A DNA stretch of 64,000 nt from an uncultured delta proteobacterium (GTDB lineage Bacteria; Myxococcota_A; Polyangia; Haliangiales; Haliangiaceae): contig CAWKDB010000010.1 in NCBI GenBank assembly GCA_963848295.1, forward strand, positions 4,544,001-4,608,000, written 5' to 3'. The notes under the pieces were generated by a model. It worked only from the letters and a program-made list of their open reading frames with translations. It had not been told where the DNA came from and ran no database searches. Both the position numbers and the translations under genes were made by a program. This document shows, piece by piece, positions 1 to 9,418 of the stretch (positions within the stretch are counted from its first letter, which is position 1; every line of letters starts with the position of its first letter).

Positions 1-138
1 CCACACGCGGTTGATGTCGCGCCGGGTCATGTGGCGGACCTCGATCAGCGGGCCGGCGGCGGTCTTGCCGCGACCGGCGCGCTTCGGCGCGATCGCGATC
101 GCCTCGCCGGTCTTGCGCGGCGTGCGCTTGCGAGGCAT
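1..138 (-). CDS. 5' part of a gene running off the window edge, possibly a GNAT acetyltransferase
   Basis: ATG at 136-138 overlaps the def stop (TAATG). Reads MPRKRTPRKTGEAIAIAPKRAGRGKTAAGPLIEVRHMTRRDINRVW; IEVRHMTRRDI resembles a GNAT beta1-alpha1 start. Not in the ORF track. Confidence 0.5.
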   Translation of the reverse strand, partial: MPRKRTPRKTGEAIAIAPKRAGRGKTAAGPLIEVRHMTRRDINRVW

Positions 139-710
139 TACGACCCGACCCGCGCGACGAGCTGCTGGATCCGCTCGACGAACGCCGCCTTGTGATGGCG
201 GTCGAACTCGGTCCAGGTCGTGAACGTCGTCGGATCGGCGCGGTCGACGAACACCTTGCCGTCGAGGTGATCGACCTCGTGCTGGTAGGTCCCGGCCTTG
301 AGCCCGTGGACGACCTCGTCGATCGCGTGGCCGTGGCGGTCCCATGCCTGGACGCGGAGGTGGACGAACCGCTTCACCAGGCCGCGCAGGTTCGGCACCG
401 ACAGGCAGCCCTCGTAGTTGTCGAACTGCTCGTCGGTGGTCGGCGTCAGCACCGGGTTGACGAGGATGGTCAACGGAATCTGCGGCTTGTACGGGTAGCG
501 CGGGTTGTCGCGGACCTCGATCGCGGCGATCCGGATCGGCTCGTAGACCTGGATCGCCGCGAGCCCGGCGCCGTCGGCGTCGCGCATCGTCTCGACCAGA
601 TCGTCGATGAACCGCTGGGTCGCGGAGGTCGCGAGCTCGTCGCGGCTGACCTCGCGCGCGACCTGTCGGAGCACCGGGTGTCCGATCTGGGCGATCTTGC
701 GGATGGCCAT
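138..710 (-). CDS. def: Peptide deformylase
   Basis: GAGLAAIQ, EGCLS and QHEVDHLDG motifs. Start MAIRKIAQIGHPVLR at 710. Confidence 0.95.
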   Translation of the reverse strand: MAIRKIAQIGHPVLRQVAREVSRDELATSATQRFIDDLVETMRDADGAGLAAIQVYEPIRIAAIEVRDNPRYPYKPQIPLTILVNPVLTPTTDEQFDNYEGCLSVPNLRGLVKRFVHLRVQAWDRHGHAIDEVVHGLKAGTYQHEVDHLDGKVFVDRADPTTFTTWTEFDRHHKAAFVERIQQLVARVGS

Positions 711-827
711 GATCGGAATGTAGCTCACGTAGCGCGAACCGGGCGTCGCTGCGAGGTCAGCGAATGCGATCCGTGGGGCTTTACGCCGGGTCCCTATCAC
801 GGCATAGGCTCGGGTCCCGGAGGTTCC

Positions 828-1406
828 ATGCGTTTGTCTCGCCTACATCAAGTGTCGCTCGTCCTCGCCGCGTTCGGCACTAGCGCCGCTTTCGTTGCCT
901 GTGGCGGTGGGGGTGGTGGCGGCGGCGGCGGGAACGGCCCGGACGCGAAGGTGTTCCTCGACGCGAAGGTGTTCCTCGACGCCCCTCCCGGCCTTCAGGG
1001 CCTCGGTCAGAAGTGCGCAGCGCTCGGCTCGAATGCACCCGATTGTCCAGCGGACGCACCGGACTGCCTTGGCATTGCGCTGTCCTCGACGACGAACAGC
1101 ACGTTCTACTGCTCGCCGGAATGTGATACCGGCGCGAGCGGCATGACGAACGGTAGCGCGCAGCTCACGACCGTCACGCCGGCGCCGGGCACTCAGTGCA
1201 TGACGGCATACAGCGGCGGCACGGCCGCGACGCCAGCGTGCGGACTTATCCTCGCGACCACCCCCGCGGACAACCCGCTCAAGGCGAACACCAGCTACAC
1301 GGGCATCGTGCTCGGCTGCGTGATCGAGTGCGGCGGAACGGGCATGACCACCTGCCCGACCGGCCTGACGTGTAACACGACCGCGAAGCTCTGCTTCCCG
1401 AACTAG
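828..1406 (+). CDS. Cys-rich lipoprotein, hypothetical
   Basis: GGAGG RBS before ATG 828; signal peptide ending FVAC, poly-Gly linker and many Cys. C-terminal part of ORF 192..1406. Confidence 0.8.
   Translation: MRLSRLHQVSLVLAAFGTSAAFVACGGGGGGGGGGNGPDAKVFLDAKVFLDAPPGLQGLGQKCAALGSNAPDCPADAPDCLGIALSSTTNSTFYCSPECDTGASGMTNGSAQLTTVTPAPGTQCMTAYSGGTAATPACGLILATTPADNPLKANTSYTGIVLGCVIECGGTGMTTCPTGLTCNTTAKLCFPN
942..982 (+). repeat. 18-bp in-frame tandem duplication (DAKVFL x2)
   Basis: gacgcgaaggtgttcctc at 942-959 and 960-977, followed by gacgc. Confidence 0.9.
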
Positions 1407-1483
1407 TCGACGTCGGCCACTCGGCCGCGGCGTAGGCGTACTGCGATCGGACGCGTTGCCGCCGTCAGCGCAGCGACCGCTGA

Positions 1484-2233
1484 CTAGTGGCGGTGGCTGA
1501 GGTGGCTGTGGAGCGGGATACCGTCGATCTGTACGTGGCGAACTTGGGTGCCGTCCGCTTTGATCGCCGCGGTGATGGTTCCGTCGAACGTCAGCGACGT
1601 GATCGACGAGGTGCAGCTGTCGACCACGCCGTCGACCGGGATCGGGTTGCCCTGGTCGTCGCTGCCCGTCATCACGTGCTCGAACATGACGTTCGACAAC
1701 GAACCGGCGATCTTCGTCGTGCTCAGCGTCGTGAGCGTGAGCGTGCCGCTCGTCGGGAAGTAGAAGTCAGTGGGAGCGCCGCCCGAACCGACCGCGTGAT
1801 AGTCGGTGTCGATCGTGATGCACGCGCCGCAGTCCATGAGCGTGTCATCGGAACCGGCGGTGCCGAGCGTATACGTCCCGGCCTTGAAGCTCGACGTGAA
1901 CGAGCCGTAGCCGGCGTACAGCTCGATGTCGATGAGGTCGGGCATGGCGTCGGCGTTGATCGCGTTGATGTAGTACGCGTCTGACCCGGCCTGGGCCGTG
2001 GCGGCATCGTAGCCGTCGACCGCCATCGTATCGTCGACGGTCGGCGAGCCGTAGCTCGCGGTCGCCGTGCAGGTCACGCCGCTCGTGTCCTGGCCGCCCG
2101 GCGAATCGTGCAGCGTGATGTGCGAATCGATATGCGCGTTGCTGCCGCCGCCGCACGCGACGAGCTGCGCGACGATGACGGACGGGATGGTGACAACGAC
2201 GCCGAGCGCGGGAAGATGACGACGAACGACCAC
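1484..2233 (-). CDS. Lipoprotein, paralog of 2383..3117
   Basis: Signal peptide with LVAC lipobox-like motif; shares CTATASYGSPT, IELYAGYG and CGAC blocks with its neighbour. Confidence 0.8.
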   Translation of the reverse strand: MVVRRHLPALGVVVTIPSVIVAQLVACGGGSNAHIDSHITLHDSPGGQDTSGVTCTATASYGSPTVDDTMAVDGYDAATAQAGSDAYYINAINADAMPDLIDIELYAGYGSFTSSFKAGTYTLGTAGSDDTLMDCGACITIDTDYHAVGSGGAPTDFYFPTSGTLTLTTLSTTKIAGSLSNVMFEHVMTGSDDQGNPIPVDGVVDSCTSSITSLTFDGTITAAIKADGTQVRHVQIDGIPLHSHLSHRH

Positions 2234-2382
2234 GGGACACCTCTTGGTTTGGACGCCGGAACTTAGCCGAAATCGCGGGCGGGCGATCGAGTGCGCGAGC
2301 TATTCTCGTCTCACGGCCGATGCGAACCTGCGTTCGCTACGTCACGTGCGCATTTCGCGCAGGACCGGGGAGTTACCCGGCG

Positions 2383-3117
2383 CTACTTGCGGTCGTGGAG
2401 GTGCACGCGGACGGGGATGCCGTCGACCGTCTGCGGCGCGATGTTGCTCGGCTGCATCGTCGGCGTCGCGGTGAAGCTCGCCGCGGTGATCGCGCTCTGG
2501 CAGCCGTCGGCCGCGATGGTGTCGCCGGGGATCGGAGAGCCGGTGCTGTCGCTGCCGGCATCGACGTGCGCGAACGTGACGTTCGACAGCGAGCCGGCGA
2601 GCGAGCTCGTGCCGACCGAGGTCAGGGTCAGCGTGCCGCCGGTCGCGAAGTAGAAGTCGGTCACGACGTTCTGGCTCGAGAGGTCGGTGTCGATCACGAC
2701 GCACGCTCCGCACGTCGAGAACATCGTCTCGCCGCCGGTGCCGAGCGTGTACGTGCCGGTGCGAACCAACCCGGTGCCGGACTCGAACGCGCCGTAGCCG
2801 GAGTAGAGATCGATCTCGAGCAAGTCGGGCGTCGAATCGGTGTTGAGCCCGTTCAAGTAGTACTCGAGAAAGCCGGTGTCCTGGCTCGAGCCGCTGCCGA
2901 GGTACTCCGCATCGGCGGTCGCGGTGCTCAAGGTCGGCGAGCCGTAGCTCGCGGTCGCGGTGCAGTTGCCGTTCGTGTTGATGTCGCCGCCGCCCGCCGG
3001 GGAGTCGTGCAACATGATGTGACCGCCGCCGCCACCGCCGCACGCGACGAGCTGCGCGACGAGGACGGACGGCACGGTGATCGCGACACCGATGGCCGGG
3101 AGATGACGACGGAGCAT
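2383..3117 (-). CDS. Lipoprotein, paralog of 1484..2233
   Basis: Near-identical N-terminus RRHLPA.GV..T.PSV.VAQLVACGGG and shared internal motifs. Confidence 0.8.
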   Translation of the reverse strand: MLRRHLPAIGVAITVPSVLVAQLVACGGGGGGHIMLHDSPAGGGDINTNGNCTATASYGSPTLSTATADAEYLGSGSSQDTGFLEYYLNGLNTDSTPDLLEIDLYSGYGAFESGTGLVRTGTYTLGTGGETMFSTCGACVVIDTDLSSQNVVTDFYFATGGTLTLTSVGTSSLAGSLSNVTFAHVDAGSDSTGSPIPGDTIAADGCQSAITAASFTATPTMQPSNIAPQTVDGIPVRVHLHDRK

Positions 3118-3135
3118 CCCTCGACGGTAACCGAG

Positions 3136-4236
3136 CTACGCGGCGGGCGCGAGCGCGTCGAGGCCGATCGCCTGCTCGAGCGATGCGAGGCCGGCGGCGC
3201 GGACGAGCGCGGCGAGCTCGCGATGTAGGCGGCGCGGCCACAGCGGGCCACCGTAGATGAAGCCGGTGTACGCCTGGACGAGCGTCGCGCCGGCGCGGAT
3301 GCGTTGCCAGATGTCGGCCGCGGACTCGATACCGCCGACCGAGATGATCACGAGCCGGCTGCCGACGCGCGCACGCAACCGGCGCAGCACGTCGAGCGAG
3401 CGCGCTGCGAGCGGCGCGCCCGACAGGCCGCCGGCGCCGAGCGCGGTCACGGTCGGCTCCGCGGTCGCCAGGCCGGCGCGGGAGATCGTGGTGTTCGTCG
3501 CGATGATGCCCTCGAGCCCGAGCTCGAGCGCGAGGTCGGCGATCGCGTCGATGTCGGCGTCGGCGAGATCGGGCGCGATCTTGACGAGCAGCGGCACGCG
3601 GCGTTGCGGCGATACCACTTCGCAGGCGGCGCGCACCGCGCGCAGGAGCGGCCGCAGCTTGTCGACCGCCTGGAGATCGCGCAACCCGGGCGTGTTCGGC
3701 GAGCTGACGTTGACGACGAGGTAATCGGCGAACCGCGCGAGCTCCTCGGCGCTCGCCTTGAAGTCGCGGATCGCATCGGCTTCGTCGACCCGCTTGGTCT
3801 TGCCGATGTTGACGCCGATCACACCGGTGCGAGGGCGAGCGAGCCGGCGCGCCGCGGCCGCAGCGCCGTGGTTGTTGAAGCCCATGCGATTGACGAGCGC
3901 GCGATCGCGCGGCAGGCGAAACAGCCGCGGCTTGGGATTACCCGGCTGGGCCTCGGCGGTCACCGTGCCGACCTCGACGTAGCCAAAGCCGAGCGCGAGC
4001 AGCGCCGCCGGGCCCTTCGCGTCCTTGTCGAAGCCGGCCGCGAGCCCCAACGGGCCCGGTAGCTCGCGGCCGAACGCGTGGACCCGCAGCACCGGATCGC
4101 GAGGCGCGAGCCAGCGGGCGAGCAGCGCGCGCACGCCGGGGATCGCCGCGACCGTGCGGAGCAGCGCGAACGACACGCGATGCGTCGCCTCGGCGGGCAG
4201 CCGCGACAGGAACAGCCGGTAGAACAGCCGGTACAA
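3136..4236 (-). CDS. pyrD: Quinone-dependent dihydroorotate dehydrogenase (class 2)
   Basis: [26 protein letters not shown] and KIAPDL motifs. Confidence 0.95.
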   Translation of the reverse strand: MYRLFYRLFLSRLPAEATHRVSFALLRTVAAIPGVRALLARWLAPRDPVLRVHAFGRELPGPLGLAAGFDKDAKGPAALLALGFGYVEVGTVTAEAQPGNPKPRLFRLPRDRALVNRMGFNNHGAAAAARRLARPRTGVIGVNIGKTKRVDEADAIRDFKASAEELARFADYLVVNVSSPNTPGLRDLQAVDKLRPLLRAVRAACEVVSPQRRVPLLVKIAPDLADADIDAIADLALELGLEGIIATNTTISRAGLATAEPTVTALGAGGLSGAPLAARSLDVLRRLRARVGSRLVIISVGGIESAADIWQRIRAGATLVQAYTGFIYGGPLWPRRLHRELAALVRAAGLASLEQAIGLDALAPAA

Positions 4237-4263
4237 GCGACGCGGTTATCGCACGGCCGGAGC

Positions 4264-5406
4264 TCAGCGGCCTCGGGTCAGCGCGATCACGCCGAACATC
4301 CCGACGAAGCTCGACATCATCGTCTTGCCGTGGCCCTCGCTGCACTCGATGTGGTCCGCCGCGACGCAGCTATCGATGTAGTCCACCGGCCCGCGCAGCG
4401 GGTGCGCGCCGATGTGGATCTCGCCATCGAAAATGCCGCCGAACGCGAGCGTCGAGCCCGTGCGCCCCGTCCACATGACTTGCGCGAACGAGTCGAGGCC
4501 CGTTCCGATCGCGACGTGGCGCAATTCGATCACCGGCACGCGGTAAGCGCGGTGCGTGGCGATGTCGACGATCGTCAGCCCGAGATCGCGGTCGCCCTGC
4601 GCGAGGTTCGCGTAGGGCTCGAGAGACGCGATCTCTGTCGCGCCGAGGCTCGTGCGGTTCGCGGCGACGCGGGCCGGTTGATCGAACTCGTCGAGGATCG
4701 CTGCGGTGTGCACGTCGAGCACCGTGATCCGCACGTGGTCGCGATCGAGGCCGAGGCGCATGACCAGCCGGTCATCGCCGAGGGGCACGAGATCGCCAAG
4801 CCGCGTGTTGCCACCGCCCGGGACCGAGACCCGCGCGCGCTCGTCGCCGGTGTCTGGATCGAGATAGCGGATCACGCACGGTTGGTTGATATCCACGTTC
4901 GTCGCGATCGCGACGCCGCCGGCGACGACTGCAACGGCGATGGCGTCCCTGCTGTCGAGGTGGCCGTGCTCCCAGCGCACCTTGCCGTGACCGTCGATCG
5001 CGAGCTCGCCGTACGCGTTCGCGATCACGGTGAGCGCGCCGGCACGCACGACGCGTCCGCCCTCGGCGCGGGTGATCGTGTCGTTCGCGACGGACCAACC
5101 GATGCGGCCATCGCGGTCGATCTCGTACGCCGCTCGCCGGCCGGCCAGGTAGCCGATGCCGACCGCGCCGTCGCCGAGCGCGATCGCATCGCTATACCGA
5201 GCCGCGATCTGCCAGCGCGTCACTCCGCCGTCGGGCGATACGCGGGTGAGCCCGCGATCGAGCCCGATCAACCAGTCGCCGCCGGCGAGGTGAACCGCGA
5301 CTTCGACCCGCTCGGAGCTCGGTGCCGCGAGCACATCGGTGACGCCGTCGTGCGCGTGCTGGCTCGCTGCACATGCGGCAAGTGCGATGACGACGACAGC
5401 TCGCAT
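4264..5406 (-). CDS. Secreted/lipoprotein, possible beta-propeller
   Basis: LAAC signal; repeated DG.VRW-type strands typical of PQQ-like propellers. Confidence 0.6.
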   Translation of the reverse strand: MRAVVVIALAACAASQHAHDGVTDVLAAPSSERVEVAVHLAGGDWLIGLDRGLTRVSPDGGVTRWQIAARYSDAIALGDGAVGIGYLAGRRAAYEIDRDGRIGWSVANDTITRAEGGRVVRAGALTVIANAYGELAIDGHGKVRWEHGHLDSRDAIAVAVVAGGVAIATNVDINQPCVIRYLDPDTGDERARVSVPGGGNTRLGDLVPLGDDRLVMRLGLDRDHVRITVLDVHTAAILDEFDQPARVAANRTSLGATEIASLEPYANLAQGDRDLGLTIVDIATHRAYRVPVIELRHVAIGTGLDSFAQVMWTGRTGSTLAFGGIFDGEIHIGAHPLRGPVDYIDSCVAADHIECSEGHGKTMMSSFVGMFGVIALTRGR

Positions 5407-5437
5407 GCCGTGTGTACGACTACCACAGCTGATCGAT

Positions 5438-5724
5438 CTAACGACGTTTCAACGAATCGCTTTGAGCGGGCGATAGCCGATTCTTCGCGAGGTCGTGCGC
5501 TACCTGGAGGTTCATCCAGAACTCCGGCGAGGTCTCGAGCGCCGATGCGAGCAACCACGCCGTTTCAGGCGTAACACCTCGCTTGCCACTGATGAGCTCG
5601 TTGATTCGCTGCACCGGAACCTTGAGGTGCGCGGCAAGCGCGGTCTGCGCGATGCGGCGGGGCTCGAGAAATCTCGGCGGAGAATCTCGCCAGGGTGAAT
5701 CGGATTTCGCTCTGTCGGGATCAT
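5438..5724 (-). pseudogene. higA: HigA/VapI-family HTH antitoxin, frameshifted near 5667, no cognate toxin seen
   Basis: MIPTERNPIHPGEILRRDF (ORF 5512..5724) joins LEPRRIAQTALAAHLKVPVQRINELISGKRGVTPETAWLLASALETSPEFWMNLQ (ORF 5438..6004) if one C is restored (ttc [c]tc gag). Confidence 0.85.
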
Positions 5725-6369
5725 CTAAACGTCCGTGGCCATGTGTACCAAGCCCGAGGTTCGCAGCGACGTGCAGTCTCGGCCTCGAGCGATTCGCATC
5801 GTCGAGGTGCCGCTCTTCACGATCTCGCCTCCGGCAGTACCGAACCTGTGTCTGAGCTGTTCGTTTGTGACCGACCGCGTCCCTGCGCGCTCGAAGCGCT
5901 CGGCCGCCCACAAGCCGAACAGCGCCTGACGTCACGATGGTTGGGTCGGTCGACCGATTTTGGTGATCGATAAGCGGGGAGAAAACGATCTTCCATCTCA
6001 CCACCGAAAAAATCTTGGTAGCAGCAGGGCTGTGGAGCGATGTGGACGGGTGCGCGGCCGCGCCGACCTCCCGCGTGCTCTCGGCCGATCGCGGCGCAGC
6101 CGTCCAAGCGAGCGCGGTCAGCCGCGACTAATCGATTGGCGCGGCGCTGGAACGCCAGCGCGAGCGGCTGTCCGCGCGAGCGTCATCGTCCACAGGCCAG
6201 AGCATTCGTTTTCCTGCACCTGTGTAGGCACGGACGCCTGTGAATGTGCAACCTCGAACCGTCCTGTACCCCCAGATGTGATGGTTTCCGGGTTTGGACC
6301 CCAGACGGACAATGATCAATATATGCCGAATCATTTGACAGATCGTCGACGTAAGAGAGACTTGTCTTT

Positions 6370-7100
6370 GTGGTGTCATCTTCGAACAAACGCCAGTTGA
6401 CGGTTCCCCGCTTCGACAAGAACGGGCAGCGACGCGTCGGTCCGCATCCCGGTGCGGGGCGCAAACCGAAGGGGCCCCGCGCTGGCGTGACACACGCTCG
6501 GCGCGCCGAGCTCGATCCGAGCAAGCCGCTTCACATCACATTGCGCGTTGTCGCCGCAGTCGCCGCTTTGCGCTCGGAGAAGACCTATCGCGCGATCCGC
6601 CGCGCACTCGTCGTCACCGCGTCTAACCAGCTCGGCTTCCGCATCGTGCACTTCAGCGTTCAGCGCAACCACGTCCACCTGATCTGCGAAGCCGACGACA
6701 AGCGCTCGCTCGCCCGCGGCATGCAGAGCTTCAAGATCTCGGCTGCGAAACAGCTCAACCACGAGCTGCGCCGCCACGGCACCGTGTCTCCGACCGCTAT
6801 CACGTCGAGATCCTCGGTACGCCGACGCAGGCGAGCCACGCGATCAGCTACGTCTTGAACAATTGGCGCAAGCACGGCGAGCACCGAAACACGGTGGGGC
6901 TCTATCGCGGTCGCATCGATCCGTACTCTAGCGGGGCCCAATTCTACGGCTGGTCTGCGCGGCGCTGGCGCACGAGCATCTATCCCGAAGGTTACGAGCG
7001 CGCCGCGATCGCCGCGCCGCTCACGTGGATGCACGGCGTCGGCTACCTCCGCGGCAGCCCGATCAGCGTGTTCGCGGTGCCGAGCCGGCGAGCCATGTAG
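6370..7100 (+). mobile_element. REP-associated tyrosine transposase (RAYT/TnpA-REP, HUH Y1 family), frameshifted near 6787
   Basis: LHITLR, HFSVQRNHVHL (HUH), then GTV[F]SDRYH and catalytic-type YVLNNWRKH once one T is restored; ORFs 6370..6858 and 6855..7100. Confidence 0.85.
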
Positions 7101-7101
7101 G

Positions 7102-7416
7102 TCACCCGCACTTGCTGTCGATGAGAGAGATTACAGCTGCGTCGCCGCGCCGACGTCTCGGATTAGCAGCGGCTATTCGGGGGTGCGGGCGAAGGTCCGA
7201 CAGCCAGCGGGTCCGCCGCACCGGCGCGCCCGATGACATGCGCGGTCTCGCCTCCACCGCGCTGACCTCCCCGACGACATGGGCGCGCCGGCCTTCCTCG
7301 ACACTCGCGATCGGCTGGACCGCGGTCGCCAGCAGCTCGCGGCGCCGCTTCGGCACGGTCCTCGACCACGCGACGAGCGCCCCGACCGCGATCACGATGC
7401 CCGCGACCCACAGCAT
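7102..7416 (-). pseudogene. Probable truncated membrane-anchored protein
   Basis: Plausible TM N-terminus and PIASVEEGRRAHVVGEV, then degenerates toward the RAYT end. TAGACT-N5-ATG start context. Confidence 0.4.
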
Positions 7417-7478
7417 GGGTCAGTCTAACCGTCATCGTCGACGTGATGTGTCCAGCCGGCGAATCGCGCGGTAAGAGC

Positions 7479-8600
7479 TCACACCTTCGTGGTGCACATA
7501 GGGCACTTGATGGAGCTTGGCGCCAGGGCGATCGCCGAGCTGCATGACTTGCACGTGCGCGGCGTGCCGAGACCGAGCTCGGTGGCGATGTCCGCCTGCT
7601 GCTTCGCGGCGAGTGGTACGCCTATCTGCATGGCGTAGACGAACGTGAGCTCGCGCTCGCGGTCGGAGCCGGCCGGCGCCTGCCCGGCGACCGTCTTGCG
7701 CGCGAACGCCACGCGCGCACCGAGGTCGCCGCGCGCCATCGCCTGCGCGAGCTGCTGGTCATCGACCTGATCTTGGGTGACGTCGGTGTGACCACTCGCG
7801 TGGTAGACGTCGATGCCGGTGAGGCGCACGCGGAAGGTGGCCGAGCAGTAGGCGCACTGCACGGACTCGGCGAGGTGTGCCAGGACGACCTCGGCGCCGC
7901 AGCGCGTGCAGGTGACGGCGGCGGTTCCGTCGGGCCGGCGCTCGAGCTGCGGTAGCTCGATCCGGTGGCGAGCGTAGTCGCCATCGCTGGCCCATGGCAA
8001 CGCGAGCGCGAAGCTGCGGACCGAGGACACGAGCATCTGGTCGCGCTCGTGCGGGTCGCGCTCGGCCCAATGTGGATCGGCGTCGAGCTGGGCCGTGCAC
8101 ATCGCCGTGTAGCCGGCGATCGCGCCGTCGAAGTCCTGCGCCTGGAGGGCGCGCGCCATTTGATCGTAACCGGGTTTCGCTGCGGTTGGTGCGGGCGGGG
8201 ACGCCGGTTCCGGGATGCCGAGCCGCTGCAGCTGCATGCCGAACAAGAACCGCAGATTGCGCTCGACGAGCGCGGGCGTATCGAGACCGGCCAGGCGGTT
8301 GTAGCCGGTCTCCTCGCGAAGCACGGCGACCCGTCGAATGCTCTCGTACGCGATCTGGTGAGCGCCGGCGATGTCGCCGAGTGAGGCCCGGCGCATCGCC
8401 TCGGCATCGATCGCGTCGAGCTCGGGCTGGATCGCCGCGATGCGCTGCCGTAGCCGCTGCTCACCTTCGGCGTAGGCGGCGCGCGTGGCCTGGTAGATGA
8501 ACGCCGCGCCACAAAATTCGCAACGCTGGTTCACCGCGTCGACCCGCACCGCCGTCGACGCTCCGCAGACGGCGCACTTGATGTCCGTTTCGGCGGTCAC
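7479..8600 (-). CDS. Protein with three predicted zinc ribbons
   Basis: Six CxxC motifs (CAVC/CEFC, CTRC/CAYC, CKSC/CPMC) separated by helical segments. Confidence 0.75.
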   Translation of the reverse strand: MTAETDIKCAVCGASTAVRVDAVNQRCEFCGAAFIYQATRAAYAEGEQRLRQRIAAIQPELDAIDAEAMRRASLGDIAGAHQIAYESIRRVAVLREETGYNRLAGLDTPALVERNLRFLFGMQLQRLGIPEPASPPAPTAAKPGYDQMARALQAQDFDGAIAGYTAMCTAQLDADPHWAERDPHERDQMLVSSVRSFALALPWASDGDYARHRIELPQLERRPDGTAAVTCTRCGAEVVLAHLAESVQCAYCSATFRVRLTGIDVYHASGHTDVTQDQVDDQQLAQAMARGDLGARVAFARKTVAGQAPAGSDRERELTFVYAMQIGVPLAAKQQADIATELGLGTPRTCKSCSSAIALAPSSIKCPMCTTKV

Positions 8601-8646
8601 GTTCGGACGTTAACACGCGGTACCTTGCAGCTCTCGGGACCGCGCT

Positions 8647-9378
8647 TCAGAACGCGGCCGGATCGATCCAGGTGTCCATGTTCGGTCGTGTCCCGGTCAA
8701 CGTCCGACGCACGACGGGATCGCCACCCTCGGCGAGTCCTTCGTACGTTCCTGCGCCACGAAGCGAGACCTGGTCGGGACCGAACCGCGCGATCGGTCCG
8801 CGCGCCCGTGCATGCTGGTAGTAGAGCGCGTGGTCGAACTCCGCCCACAGCGGACACGTGCCGTCGTGAACGTGCACGGTCGGAAAATACAGCGCGTGCG
8901 CAGCGCGGGTCGCGAACTGGAGCCCCATCGGATGGATCGTCGCGACACCCGGCGCGAGCTGGAACACCGCGAAGCCGTAATCGGCGTACTCCGGCACCGC
9001 GGCGAACACCGCGTCGCCGACCCGAAACTGCGGATCGAGCCGCGCGAAGTCCCTCGGCGCCGGCACGTACGACGCGACGAACGAGCCGACCCGGTGCACG
9101 GACAGCGTTGGCCGGCCCTGCAAGAGCATGAGATCCTGCCGCTCGAACAGCTGCGCGAGATCGTCGAACATGCGCGCATGCCGCGACAGATCGACGAACC
9201 GCACCGCGTCCTCGCCGCTCCCCGGCACGATCGGCAGCGGTAGCACCATCGCCACCGGCTCCGCCGCGTCGAGCGCCATGCTGTACGCCAGCGCCTGCCA
9301 GCCCGGCTCCTCTTCGATCAGACGGGCGAAGATCTTCGTATGGGAGACATCGCGGACCTTGCCCGAGAAGATGCACAT
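8647..9378 (-). CDS. Conserved hypothetical protein
   Basis: Protein-like composition (MCIFS...AMVLPLP...HPMGLQF...LYFPTVHVHDG); TAGAGT-N6-ATG start. Confidence 0.75.
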   Translation of the reverse strand: MCIFSGKVRDVSHTKIFARLIEEEPGWQALAYSMALDAAEPVAMVLPLPIVPGSGEDAVRFVDLSRHARMFDDLAQLFERQDLMLLQGRPTLSVHRVGSFVASYVPAPRDFARLDPQFRVGDAVFAAVPEYADYGFAVFQLAPGVATIHPMGLQFATRAAHALYFPTVHVHDGTCPLWAEFDHALYYQHARARGPIARFGPDQVSLRGAGTYEGLAEGGDPVVRRTLTGTRPNMDTWIDPAAF

Positions 9379-9418
9379 GCCGCGACTCTAAGGCGCTTTC
9401 GATCGCGCTGCATCGTGG

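Noticed and set aside
6780..6795. Programmed ribosomal frameshift in the RAYT gene
   Set aside because: No slippery heptamer at the junction; a single missing base explains it.
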